From Oceanospirillales bacterium (lineage in GTDB: Bacteria > Pseudomonadota > Gammaproteobacteria > Xanthomonadales > SZUA-36): DNA of 64,000 nt. The translations under genes were made by a program, and so were the position numbers. Each line of letters opens with the position of its first letter. Position 1 is the first letter of the stretch. Shown one piece after another: positions 28,869-38,475 of this stretch. The notes beneath the pieces were generated by a model. The model made no database searches and was not told the DNA's origin. It worked only from the letters and a program-made list of their open reading frames with translations. The DNA lies in contig QIKV01000061.1 of the NCBI GenBank assembly GCA_003233115.1, forward strand, positions 889 to 64,888, given 5' to 3'.

Positions 28869-29505
28869 AGGCCTGACGGTAAGTTTGCGCCAGGGTTTTG
28901 AGCTGGCTTGCTTCAGGTTCACGCAGGTAAGGCAGGAGCAGGTACAGAACTCGCGCCACCGATCTGGAAAGCACTGTGCCATCTGCAAGACCGGGGTCAC
29001 CACGCACTTCGGCGTATGGAATCCAGTAAGTCATCAACAACAACGTGTTGTCGGCCAATGCCTCGCTCTCGCGTTCACAAATTTTCATAATGCCGCTATT
29101 CTGCAGGCCTGCGATCAGGCCCAGCAACGAAGTTCGCTGCCGCTCGAGCAGGCCATGAAAGGCCCGCTGGAGGTCTCTGATGCGGGTATAAAGATCATTC
29201 AGGTCACGAAAAAGGAAACGAAATCGTCCCATGGCCTCAAAAATGAGATGCAGGCGCAGCCATAAGTCCTCTATATCGGGTACAGTATTTTCCTCGATTT
29301 CCAGCAATGGCTGGATGTGCAATAAATACCGCTTAAACAGTTCCAGGGCGATATCATCCCTGCTGCGGAAATGGTAATACAGGTTGCCTGGGCTGATGTC
29401 CGCCTCGTCAGCGATATGGTTGGTGCTGACGTTGGGTTCACCAAACTCATTGAAAAGAAACAAGCTGGTCGAAAGCACAAGCTCCCTTGTATTGCGGCGT
29501 GTCAT
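28867..29505 (-). CDS. TetR/AcrR-family transcriptional regulator
   Basis: N-terminal HTH (LFNEFGEPNVSTNHIADEADISPGNLYYHF). Divergent from the fatty acyl-CoA reductase gene. Confidence 0.85.
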   Translation of the reverse strand: MTRRNTRELVLSTSLFLFNEFGEPNVSTNHIADEADISPGNLYYHFRSRDDIALELFKRYLLHIQPLLEIEENTVPDIEDLWLRLHLIFEAMGRFRFLFRDLNDLYTRIRDLQRAFHGLLERQRTSLLGLIAGLQNSGIMKICERESEALADNTLLLMTYWIPYAEVRGDPGLADGTVLSRSVARVLYLLLPYLREPEASQLKTLAQTYRQA

Positions 29506-29655
29506 ACCCCGTCAATCCGGTTTTTCATCTGATGTCTCCTTCGCCGTTCGCGCCCGGCGGCAACTGTTGATTGTAGCAGGGTGGGATATGTTTGCCGTTC
29601 TGATAAGATTGCACAGGTTACCCATACGCTTTAGGAACGGGATCGGAGGACTGAC

Positions 29656-31644
29656 ATGAATTATTTTATTACCGGCGGGACCGGCTTTATTGGACACAAC
29701 CTGATTGGTGAATTACTGAAAAAAAAGAAGAAAGCGACCATCTATGTCCTGGTTCGCAGGGAATCAAAGAAGAAATTTGAGGCACAGAAAAAAAACTGGG
29801 AAGACAATGCCAATCGCATTATTCCGGTAACCGGTGATCTGACCCGGTCCATGCTGGGTATACCCGCAAAGAAAAGACGGGAACTGGAAGGGAAGATAGA
29901 CCACGTTTTCCACCTTGGTGCCATTTATGACCTGATGGCTGATGCTGAAAGCCAGACCAAGGTGAACGTGGATGGAACACACAACGCTGTCAGGTTTGCG
30001 CAAGATATTCAAGCCAGGCGTTTTCACCACATGAGCTCAATTGCCGCCGCTGGGCTGTATCCGGGCGTCTTCCAGGAGGATATGTTCGAGGAGGCCCACG
30101 GACTGGACAATGCCTATTTCCGTACCAAGCATAATTCTGAAGGGGTGGTCCGGAACGAGTGTCAGGTACCGTGGCGCATTTACCGGCCGGGCATCGTCGT
30201 CGGACATTCGCAAACCGGGGTCATTGACAAGATTGACGGGCCTTATTATTTCTTCAAGCTGATACAGAAGATGCGCAGGATGATGCCGGCCTGGATGCCG
30301 ATGCTGGGTATCGAGGGTGGCCGGATCAACATCGTGCCAGTGGACTACGTGGTCAAAGCCACGCTGCACATTGCCCACAAACCCAAACTGGATGGCCAGT
30401 GCTTCCATCTGACCGACCCCAAGCCTAAACGTATTGGCGAAGTGCTGAACCTGTTTGCCTATGCAGCCCATGCTCCGCGAATGACCATGCGAATTGATGC
30501 CAGGCTATTCAACTATATCCCTGCAGTCGTCAAACAGGGCCTAAGGATGTTGCCACCTGTGCGGCGGATTTCAAACCAGGTCATGAAAGACCTGGGTCTG
30601 CCGCCCGATATGATGAAATTCGTGAATTATCCCACCAAATTTGACAACCATGAGGCTGAGAGGGCGCTCAAAGGCAGTGGAATCAAAGTACCCAGACTGG
30701 AAGATTACGCCTGGCGGCTGTGGGACTATTGGGAACGACACCTCGATCCGGATCTGTTCATCGATCGCAGCCTGCGCGGTCATATACGCGGTAAGGTGGT
30801 GGTTATTACCGGCGCCTCGTCAGGCATCGGGCGCGCAGCCGCGGTTATGATGGCCAAAGCCGGAGCGAAAGTCATACTGGTTGCCCGCGGTAAGAGCAGG
30901 CTGACGGACTCTCTCGATAAAATCAAGGCTGCCGGTGGAGAGGCCTGGAGTTATCCCTGCGATATTACGGATCTTGATGCCTGCGACCAGTTGGTCGACC
31001 AGATTATTGAGGACCATGGTGTGATCGACATACTGGTCAATAATGCCGGGCGTTCCATTCGTCGGTCTATATCGCTTTCATTTGACCGCTTCCATGATTA
31101 TGAGCGCACCATGCAATTGAACTATTTTGGCAGCCTGCGCCTGATCTTACGGGTGTTGCCGGGTATGTCGGCGCGCAATGAGGGTCAGGTGATCAATATA
31201 TCCTCCATTGGTGTGCTGAGTAACTCGCCACGATTTTCCGCCTATGTTGCATCCAAAGCCGCGCTGGACGCTTTTTCGCGCTGTGCTTCGGCAGAGTTTA
31301 ATGACACCGGCATCTCGTTTACGACCATCAATATGCCGCTGGTGCGCACACCCATGATCGCGCCGACAAGAATGTACGACAACGTGCCGACCATCTCACC
31401 GGAAGAGGCCGCCCAATTCATCAAGCAGGCGGTCATTTACAGGCCGCAAAGAATTGCCACCCGGCTGGGGATTTTTGCACAGATGCTACATGCAGTGGCG
31501 CCCAATATTGCGGAAATCATCATGAACAGCGCATTCCGGATGTTCCCGGATTCATCGGCGGCCAAGGGTCTTGCAGAGCACCAGAAACAGGCCTCGCAGG
31601 AACAGATTGCTTTCGCCAGTCTGATGCGCGGTATTCACTGGTAG
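29656..31644 (+). CDS. Two-domain fatty acyl-CoA/ACP reductase (alcohol-forming), Marinobacter Maqu_2507-like
   Basis: N-terminal NAD-binding male-sterility-type domain (MNYFITGGTGFIGHNL...YRPGIVVGHS...DGPYYFFK) fused to a C-terminal classical SDR (VVVITGASSGIGRAAA...YVASKAALDAF). By recollection it is nearly colinear with the 661-aa Marinobacter enzyme. Confidence 0.85.
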   Translation: MNYFITGGTGFIGHNLIGELLKKKKKATIYVLVRRESKKKFEAQKKNWEDNANRIIPVTGDLTRSMLGIPAKKRRELEGKIDHVFHLGAIYDLMADAESQTKVNVDGTHNAVRFAQDIQARRFHHMSSIAAAGLYPGVFQEDMFEEAHGLDNAYFRTKHNSEGVVRNECQVPWRIYRPGIVVGHSQTGVIDKIDGPYYFFKLIQKMRRMMPAWMPMLGIEGGRINIVPVDYVVKATLHIAHKPKLDGQCFHLTDPKPKRIGEVLNLFAYAAHAPRMTMRIDARLFNYIPAVVKQGLRMLPPVRRISNQVMKDLGLPPDMMKFVNYPTKFDNHEAERALKGSGIKVPRLEDYAWRLWDYWERHLDPDLFIDRSLRGHIRGKVVVITGASSGIGRAAAVMMAKAGAKVILVARGKSRLTDSLDKIKAAGGEAWSYPCDITDLDACDQLVDQIIEDHGVIDILVNNAGRSIRRSISLSFDRFHDYERTMQLNYFGSLRLILRVLPGMSARNEGQVINISSIGVLSNSPRFSAYVASKAALDAFSRCASAEFNDTGISFTTINMPLVRTPMIAPTRMYDNVPTISPEEAAQFIKQAVIYRPQRIATRLGIFAQMLHAVAPNIAEIIMNSAFRMFPDSSAAKGLAEHQKQASQEQIAFASLMRGIHW

Positions 31645-31680
31645 ACACTGCACCAGCGTATCCGCGCCGGCTGTCGTGTT

Positions 31681-32922
31681 TCAGCCCACCTTGCGGTCGT
31701 CCAGTGTTTCTTCCAGGTCGTCCAGTACGCCGGACAGGTCGCGTGCCAGCGGTGCATGGCTGGAACGCCCGGCATCGATACTGTCCTGGAGGCTGCGTTC
31801 ATGTTCCATCAGTAAGCTCATGTTCAGTGACATGCCAAGCTTTTCCAGGATCGGGTTGAATTCGTCATAGCGTTGCAAAAGATCCCTGCGGGTGGCCTGG
31901 TAGGCATGCTCACACAGTGCCTGACGGCTGGCATAGCTGAAAATATTGGTGAAGAAAATATCCTTGTCGCCACGGTCCGGTTCCAGCAGCACCAGATCGG
32001 CGAACGCATGGCTGTTGCGGTATTTCTTGAAGCCGACCTCCATACGTGACTGGATCATCGCCCGGAACGTCTGTGACAAGATCAACGGTAAACCGCCGCT
32101 GACCAGCTTGTGGGTTGGCGGGTCAGCATCCAGGATACTATCACCGGCATCGAACGGAACCAGGGGATTGATGCCGATCAGCATATCGATACCCTCGTTC
32201 AGTGCGGCTGACGCATGCAGTGTGCGACGCAATGCACCATCTACGTAAAAATGCCCATTAATTTCAACGGGCGGATAGAGGCCCGGCAAGGCCGCGCTGG
32301 CCTGAACAGCACGTGAAATGGAGACGTCGCGGTACGATTGATCACCAAAACGAACGGCGACGCCGCTATCCAGGTCAACGGCTACGATGTACAACTTAGC
32401 CTCGAGGTCATCGAAACTGTCGCCGTGGCCGGTGGCTGTGAATACCTGCTGCATAAAACTTTGCATGGCTTCATTGTTAAAGATACCGCTGGGTATCGCC
32501 TTGCCCAGCTCACCAATCAGTTGTGAGATGCTGAACTCGGCGGGGCTCCCGATCATGTTCAGCAGTGTGTCGGTCAAAATCGATGGTAGTAGGGCGGCAC
32601 GCTGGAAGTACTCGCGGTAAGCCGGGCGCAGGAAGCGCTCGGGTTCAAATTTCAGGCTGGCATATTCCTGACCCGTAAAAATCCTGCACAATTCTGCCGT
32701 CGTAATCCGGCTGGCGAGACCCGCAGCAATAAGGGCCCCCGCACTGATACCGACGTATACATCCAGTGTATGCAGCCTTAAGCCGTCAATGCTTTCATCC
32801 AGTGCGCGCAGAGCACCCAGTTCATAAATCGCGCCAACCGGTCCGCCGCCAGCGATAGCGAGACCGATTTTGGGCCGGGATGTTTTCTGGTTAGGAGCCA
32901 GGGCCTGGTGTATTGTAAGCAT
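31681..32922 (-). CDS. Patatin-like phospholipase/lipase
   Basis: Oxyanion GGGPVGAIYELG, a GxSxG nucleophile (GISAGA) and a later DGA(L) catalytic Asp motif (YVDGALR). Confidence 0.85.
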   Translation of the reverse strand: MLTIHQALAPNQKTSRPKIGLAIAGGGPVGAIYELGALRALDESIDGLRLHTLDVYVGISAGALIAAGLASRITTAELCRIFTGQEYASLKFEPERFLRPAYREYFQRAALLPSILTDTLLNMIGSPAEFSISQLIGELGKAIPSGIFNNEAMQSFMQQVFTATGHGDSFDDLEAKLYIVAVDLDSGVAVRFGDQSYRDVSISRAVQASAALPGLYPPVEINGHFYVDGALRRTLHASAALNEGIDMLIGINPLVPFDAGDSILDADPPTHKLVSGGLPLILSQTFRAMIQSRMEVGFKKYRNSHAFADLVLLEPDRGDKDIFFTNIFSYASRQALCEHAYQATRRDLLQRYDEFNPILEKLGMSLNMSLLMEHERSLQDSIDAGRSSHAPLARDLSGVLDDLEETLDDRKVG

Positions 32923-33028
32923 GTTTGGGGAACCCGTGTGTAAAACGGTAATTTTAACGGCTGTAGCTGCAACTGACCAGCATCTCAGGCACAGTGGATT
33001 TGCATATTCATGTCAGAGGAGGATGGTA

Positions 33029-33490
33029 ATGGTGGGAGTGAGTGACAAGGCCCCTGGCTTTTGCCTGCAAGCCGACAGCGGTGACGAATACCGTCTGTCA
33101 GACCACGCAGGCCAAAGGGTGCTGCTGGTTTTCTATCCCGGCGACAATACCCCCGTATGTACACGCCAGTTGTGCGAATACCGTGACGGTATTGAGTCGT
33201 TCGCCGGTCTGGGTGTAGCCGTGATTGGCATCAGTTCTGATGGTCTCCAATCCCACAGGGCGTTCAGAAAAAAATATGAACTGCCGTTCGTGCTGCTGTC
33301 TGACCCGGATTATAAAGTGGCGAAACTGTATGGTTGCAAAGGTGCTTTTGGGATGCGAAGGGCAGTTTTCCTGATCGATGAAAAGGGCGTAGTGCGTTAC
33401 GCGCATGTTGAGGCGCTGGCCGTATTCCGGCGCAGGGTTGACGAACTGCTTGGGGCCATCAAGGCGCTTGAAGGGGGTGGGAAAGATTGA
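33029..33490 (+). CDS. bcp: Thioredoxin-dependent thiol peroxidase (Bcp-type peroxiredoxin)
   Basis: VLLVFYPGDNTPVCTRQLCEY contains the peroxidatic Cys in a PxxxTxxC context. GAGGAGG RBS. Start is ATG 33029 or 33023. Confidence 0.85.
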   Translation: MVGVSDKAPGFCLQADSGDEYRLSDHAGQRVLLVFYPGDNTPVCTRQLCEYRDGIESFAGLGVAVIGISSDGLQSHRAFRKKYELPFVLLSDPDYKVAKLYGCKGAFGMRRAVFLIDEKGVVRYAHVEALAVFRRRVDELLGAIKALEGGGKD

Positions 33491-34185
33491 ATCGCACCGC
33501 CAGCCAGCTCAGGCAGGCATTGGTCGCAAGCCATAGCCTCGCCGCCAGCCTGGATGCTGCCGATTTCCCGCTGCCGGAATTCGAGATTGTCCAGGGCTGG
33601 CAGCGCCGGCGCCTGGCGCGCAGCTATCAGGATCTGTTCAGCCAGGAACGCTATGCCGCTGCCGGCAACTTTTTTCTGACCGAACTTTACGGCGGTCTGA
33701 ATTTCCGTGGACGCGACCAGGAAATAGAGCGTGTTTTGCCAGTGATGGTGCGGATGCTACCCGATAACACGCTGTTGACGCTGGCCGGCGCCTTCAAGCT
33801 CCAGACCCTGAGCCTGGAGCTGGATATGGATATGGCACGGGCACTGCAACGGCTCGGCTGGGGTGAATTGACCCTGGAGCGCTACGGTGTCGTTTATCGC
33901 ACTTGCGCCCGGGCATCCGACCGTAAAGAGCAGATTGAGCTCATCCACAGCCTGGGTTTGCAACTCTCCAAATTGGTTCATCGCCGGCTGGTGTTGGTGC
34001 TGATCAGGACGCTCAGGGGCCCGGCGCGCGCAGCCGGTTTCGGCTTGTTACAGTCGTTTCTGGAACAGGGCTTGTTCGCATTCCGGGCAATAGGTGATGG
34101 CACTGAATTCGTCGAGACGATCTGGCGCAGAGAAAGCAAAGCGATGCACCGGTTGCTGGCGGGCGATGAAAATCCATTTGGCTAA
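33487..34185 (+). CDS. Conserved hypothetical protein (contains an FFLTELYGG motif)
   Basis: 232-aa ORF with a TTG start overlapping the bcp stop (tTGA). No catalytic motif recognised. Confidence 0.5.
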   Translation: MNRTASQLRQALVASHSLAASLDAADFPLPEFEIVQGWQRRRLARSYQDLFSQERYAAAGNFFLTELYGGLNFRGRDQEIERVLPVMVRMLPDNTLLTLAGAFKLQTLSLELDMDMARALQRLGWGELTLERYGVVYRTCARASDRKEQIELIHSLGLQLSKLVHRRLVLVLIRTLRGPARAAGFGLLQSFLEQGLFAFRAIGDGTEFVETIWRRESKAMHRLLAGDENPFG

Positions 34186-35072
34186 AGATCTATTTGGCTA
34201 GTGTCGTTCGGCCAGGTCATGCCCCAGCATTGCGCCAGTTTGGTTCCCAGCATCAAGTCCAGATCTTCCACATCGGCGAGAAATATATCGTGCAAGGTTT
34301 GCAACCCGTCCGCGGAAATGACCTGCCGCCAATACTGGCCGGCATCATCCCGGTGCCCACCGTCTTCCCTACCGGCCAGCGATTCGTCAGCAGCGACAAA
34401 CACGCCATTTTCATTGATCAATCGTGGCGTGCCTGCAAAGACAGGCTGCTGGACAGTGTCTTCAGTAAAGTCGTGGTCTGATACACACAGGAATCGGCAC
34501 ACGCCCGCCAGCGTCTCGACCGGTCGTGCCTGTATGTCCGTTTCAAGTATCAAAACCCTGATCTGGTGACGCGGATAGTATGCAAGCCAATTGCGCAAAT
34601 GACGGGCATAAAATCCCATGTCAACCACACCACCGTAGGTCATTGCCTGTACGAAATCCGTATGCGGGGCGATTTCGCCCACGGCAAGATAATGCAGGTA
34701 TGCAGAAACGGCGCGTGTCACAGGATTGCGCAATGTCACCAACAGCTTAAGTTCTTCACCCAGGTGCCGGTATACTGTTTTCGGTATATCGGTTTGAAAG
34801 TCGTCTGGTAAGGCACTCCAGCGGGAATGGGTCCTGGTCCAGAAATAGCTCGCCGTGGCTTCTCCAACGGCTACTGTTCCACCGGCACCAGGAAAGTGTT
34901 TCAGGTATTGGCTAAAACCCGAATTATCCAGGTGACTCCGGTACGAAAAAAACTCCAGGTCTTTTTCTGCTGGCATGAAAACTTCCGGATGTTTCTGAAG
35001 GTGCTGGTGAAGCCATGAAGTACCGCATTTCTGGGCTCCTATGATCAGGAAATCAGGCTTTGCTGTGGACAT
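34182..35072 (-). CDS. PAPS-dependent sulfotransferase
   Basis: 5'-PSB loop (FLIIGAQKCGTSWL) and a 3'-PB motif (LRNPVTRAVSAY). I chose the start at 35072, 4 nt after the Wzt stop. The track ORF runs to 35165. Confidence 0.8.
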   Translation of the reverse strand: MSTAKPDFLIIGAQKCGTSWLHQHLQKHPEVFMPAEKDLEFFSYRSHLDNSGFSQYLKHFPGAGGTVAVGEATASYFWTRTHSRWSALPDDFQTDIPKTVYRHLGEELKLLVTLRNPVTRAVSAYLHYLAVGEIAPHTDFVQAMTYGGVVDMGFYARHLRNWLAYYPRHQIRVLILETDIQARPVETLAGVCRFLCVSDHDFTEDTVQQPVFAGTPRLINENGVFVAADESLAGREDGGHRDDAGQYWRQVISADGLQTLHDIFLADVEDLDLMLGTKLAQCWGMTWPNDTSQIDL

Positions 35073-35076
35073 CCTG

Positions 35077-36294
35077 CTAGTGATCGGCGGCGTCAGGTAA
35101 ATGTCCAGTGGGAGCGTCGACCCAATGGTGCGGCAAGCGGCAAAACCCAAGTTCACGGCTTTCACCTGAAACCAGGAAATCCAGGCTCAAGGTATCAAAT
35201 AAGCGCACTCCCTCCGGGTCCATCGCATGCGAACGTACCGAATAGCCGCCGGGCAGGATGGGAATGCACTCCAGCACCAGTTCGAAAGCATAATGGTGCG
35301 AATCGACCCTGCCAAGGCGTGCGCCATCGATTTCACTGCTGGTGCCGTACACCGGCGTGCCATCGGCGCGGACAACGCCGATCACCACCACCGGCGTGCG
35401 TTCATCCGGTGAATATACCACCCCTTTGATATGCAGGTCTGTGCCCATGGGGTTGCTGGATTGGGCTGTATCACTGCCGTTGATCGATAAGGAATCTATG
35501 CGGAACCGTGCGCCGTTGGCGGCGGCGCGGTCAGTGACGGTTACCGCTGCCGTCTTGCGCTCATGATAAGCCAGGTAAGCCTGCGTTACTTCAAATACAT
35601 CGCCACTTTTCTGTATTGCTCCATCCTTCAGCCAGATTGCCTGTTGGCAAAGCTTTTGTACGTGGTACATGCTGTGCGAAACGATTAACAGCGTACCGCC
35701 GTTGGTGACGAAATTTTGCAGCCACTTTACGCATTTCTTCTGAAATGACTCATCGCCTACTGCCAATACTTCATCGGTAATAAGCAGCTCCGGTGTGGTA
35801 GCCGCGATAATGGCAAACCCCAGTCTCACCACCATGCCTGAGGAATAGTGCTTGATCGGCTCATCGATGTACTCACCAATGTCAGCGAAGGCGATGATCT
35901 CCGGCGTTTTGGCCAGAATCTCCGCTTGCGTCAAACCTACCAGCGTCGCATTGAGGCTGATGTTCTCACGACCGGTATAGTCAGGGTGAAATCCGGCACC
36001 CAATTCCAGCAGCGCGCCGATGCGCCCGCGGGTGCTCACTTTTCCTCGCGAGGCTTGCAGCACGCCGGTAACCAGTTTAAGCAATGTCGATTTCCCAGCA
36101 CCGTTTTCGCCGATGATGCCCACGGAGCAACCGGGCAGCACACGCATATCAATACCCTGCAAGACCGTTCTGGTACGTCGTATCGGCCGGCCCAGCAGCA
36201 AATCCCACAGCGCAGCGAGGCGGTCTGATGAGTTGTTGGCCAACGGGTAATTCTTGCTCACACCGCTTAGCTCAATCAGTGGCTGTTGCTTCAC
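35077..36294 (-). CDS. ABC transporter ATP-binding protein, Wzt/TagH type, with a C-terminal glycan-binding-like domain
   Basis: Walker A (GENGAGKST), YSSGM signature and Walker B (LLITDEVLAVGD), plus a ~150-aa beta-rich C-terminal extension as in Wzt proteins. Confidence 0.85.
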   Translation of the reverse strand: MKQQPLIELSGVSKNYPLANNSSDRLAALWDLLLGRPIRRTRTVLQGIDMRVLPGCSVGIIGENGAGKSTLLKLVTGVLQASRGKVSTRGRIGALLELGAGFHPDYTGRENISLNATLVGLTQAEILAKTPEIIAFADIGEYIDEPIKHYSSGMVVRLGFAIIAATTPELLITDEVLAVGDESFQKKCVKWLQNFVTNGGTLLIVSHSMYHVQKLCQQAIWLKDGAIQKSGDVFEVTQAYLAYHERKTAAVTVTDRAAANGARFRIDSLSINGSDTAQSSNPMGTDLHIKGVVYSPDERTPVVVIGVVRADGTPVYGTSSEIDGARLGRVDSHHYAFELVLECIPILPGGYSVRSHAMDPEGVRLFDTLSLDFLVSGESRELGFCRLPHHWVDAPTGHLPDAADH

Positions 36295-37088
36295 AGAAAG
36301 TCCTCAAAGCGTGGGCTGCATCGATTGAAAAACCAGCGTCCGACAATCAGCACCGCTACGCTGGCAAGCAGCGCCACGGCATCGATCCAGGTGGGTGTCC
36401 ACTGCCCCTCCAGCATGGCATGGCGGATATTGATTACCACATAGGCCATCGGATTCCAATTCAGGTAAGGCACGAAGCCGGCTGGAAGTAAACTCGGGCT
36501 ATACAGAATGGGTGTCGCAAAAAACCACATCGTCAGAAACAAGGGTACGCCGTGCTCAACGTCGTTCAGAAACACATCCAGTGCCGCGACTATCATTCCC
36601 AGGCCAACTGCTAACAGCAGCACCAGCAACATGTAGTACAAGACCACCGGCAGCATGAACCAGAAAAGCGGTTTCCCCATCAATGCCAATACCAACAAGA
36701 CTGCGGCATATCCTGCCAGGTGCGTCAAAAAGGTTGCGAGTACTGTGGAATAGATATATATCTCATGCGGAAGCGCGGTTTTATTGACCAACGCCACGTT
36801 ACCCTTGACCGCCTTGATGGCACGGCTGACAGATTCTGAGAAAGCAATCCAGGGCCACATCCCCAGCGCCAGGTAGCCCAAAAAACCCACCGCGTCGGCT
36901 TCCGGAAAACGAACCTTGAAAATTTCTTCAAACACAAAGCCGTAGATCGCCAGCAATGCTAACGGTGCTATCAAAGCCCAGCCGATGCTGGTGACCGATC
37001 CCATGTACTGGCCGGTGAATTCTCGTCGTAAAAAGATGACAAACAGCGACCAGTTTTGGCGCATCGGTGCGGTTATGGCTAGATTCAC
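36291..37088 (-). CDS. ABC-2 type exporter permease (Wzm-like)
   Basis: Six predicted TM helices in the ABC-2 family layout. 4-nt overlap with the ATPase gene. Confidence 0.85.
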   Translation of the reverse strand: MNLAITAPMRQNWSLFVIFLRREFTGQYMGSVTSIGWALIAPLALLAIYGFVFEEIFKVRFPEADAVGFLGYLALGMWPWIAFSESVSRAIKAVKGNVALVNKTALPHEIYIYSTVLATFLTHLAGYAAVLLVLALMGKPLFWFMLPVVLYYMLLVLLLAVGLGMIVAALDVFLNDVEHGVPLFLTMWFFATPILYSPSLLPAGFVPYLNWNPMAYVVINIRHAMLEGQWTPTWIDAVALLASVAVLIVGRWFFNRCSPRFEDFL

Positions 37089-37217
37089 GGTTTTTTTCAG
37101 CTTAAAAGATTGGGGATTAACCTAATATTGGCGATTTGGCTGTGGAAAGGCAAGCCCTAACACCTCCATGCTATCGGACCGGGATTTTATCAACAATCAG
37201 CCGCAAGTTTTGGCACA

Positions 37218-38087
37218 ATGATCAATCCGTTTCAAGCAGGCCCTAAAGTGAAGATTCCTGTCCTTACCTATCACGCCATTAACGTGCTCCAAAATAATTA
37301 TGCGGGAAATGACCATCTGGCGCTGGCGTCCGATCTCGAAACCATCTGTGAACTGGGGCTCAGAATCATTCCGCTAAACCGGGTTGTGGATTGGCATCAG
37401 GGGTTACTGGAAGATGGGGAAGTATCCCGCTCTGTAGCCATTAGCTTTGATGATGGTTCCTGGTTTGATTTTTACGATTTGGAGCACCCCACCTGCGGTA
37501 TGCAACGCAGCATGTTCAATATCCTGAAAGACTTCAATACACGAAGCGCAACAAGCCGGCAGGCGCACGCGACCAGCTTTGTGATCAGTTCGCCACAAGC
37601 GAGGTTTTCACTGGACCAAAGTGGCTTGATCGGGAAAGACTGGTGGGGTGACCAATGGTGGCTGGAGGCAGTATCCGCCGGGCTGCTGGATGTTGAGTGC
37701 CATAGTTGGGATCATGTACATCCGGACCTGGATCACGTCGCCCAGCAGGAGCAGGTCAAAGGTGATTTCAGCCAGATTAAGAGTTTCAAGGATGCTGAGA
37801 TTCAGTTTAACCGGGCTGGAGAATATATTGGTGAAGTGCTGGCCGGCCGAAGGCCCTCACTTTTTGCCTATCCGTGGGGCTCCGCCAGCGACTACGTGGT
37901 CACTGAATACCTGCCGGAAAACCGCTCCAGGCACCAGTACAGAGCCGCCTTCACGGTTGATCCCAGGGCCGTTGCAAAAACGGACAACAGGTGGCTGTTG
38001 CCACGCTTTGTTTGCGGCAGGGACTGGATCGCTCCGCAAGGGCTGAGAAACTTGCTCAATGGCATCTGCAACGCCCGGGTTTTGTGA
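37218..38087 (+). CDS. Polysaccharide deacetylase (CE4-like) family protein
   Basis: ISFDDGSWFDF (Asp-Asp motif) and ECHSWDHVH (His motif). Divergent from wzm. Confidence 0.7.
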   Translation: MINPFQAGPKVKIPVLTYHAINVLQNNYAGNDHLALASDLETICELGLRIIPLNRVVDWHQGLLEDGEVSRSVAISFDDGSWFDFYDLEHPTCGMQRSMFNILKDFNTRSATSRQAHATSFVISSPQARFSLDQSGLIGKDWWGDQWWLEAVSAGLLDVECHSWDHVHPDLDHVAQQEQVKGDFSQIKSFKDAEIQFNRAGEYIGEVLAGRRPSLFAYPWGSASDYVVTEYLPENRSRHQYRAAFTVDPRAVAKTDNRWLLPRFVCGRDWIAPQGLRNLLNGICNARVL

Positions 38088-38100
38088 ATTGCCCTGGTTA

Positions 38101-38391
38101 TTAGCCGTTGAAGCTACAGCCGAAATGATCTTCAAGGTAGCGCATGATTTCCTGTTCGATGGGCGACTTCAGGAACATCAGCATGATGCCCAGATCAGCC
38201 TGCACCCTGAGTTCACTCTCCTGTACAAGGATTTGGCCATGCACGCCGGGGCGTTCAAAGAGGATCACCTCGTCCTCCCAACGGTAATCAATACCGAACT
38301 TTTCCGCCAGGTCGAAGGATAACTCGTCAGCGGCTGTCAGCGCTTCTTCATGGCTTAGCTGATGCAGCGCGTGAATGTCGATGGTTGACAC
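38101..38391 (-). CDS. Small polyhydroxyalkanoic-acid-system family protein
   Basis: 96 aa. The pattern MSTIDI.H......A....D.....L..KFGIDY.WE......F.R.GV.G.I matches my recollection of the PHA_gran_rgn small-protein family. Confidence 0.6.
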   Translation of the reverse strand: MSTIDIHALHQLSHEEALTAADELSFDLAEKFGIDYRWEDEVILFERPGVHGQILVQESELRVQADLGIMLMFLKSPIEQEIMRYLEDHFGCSFNG

Positions 38392-38475
38392 TTTCAGTTT
38401 CTGTCCTTTCCGGGCCTGATGCCTGTTCTGTAACCGGCCTGTTCAGGGCCAACAGGCTGTCAGGACTGGGACACC

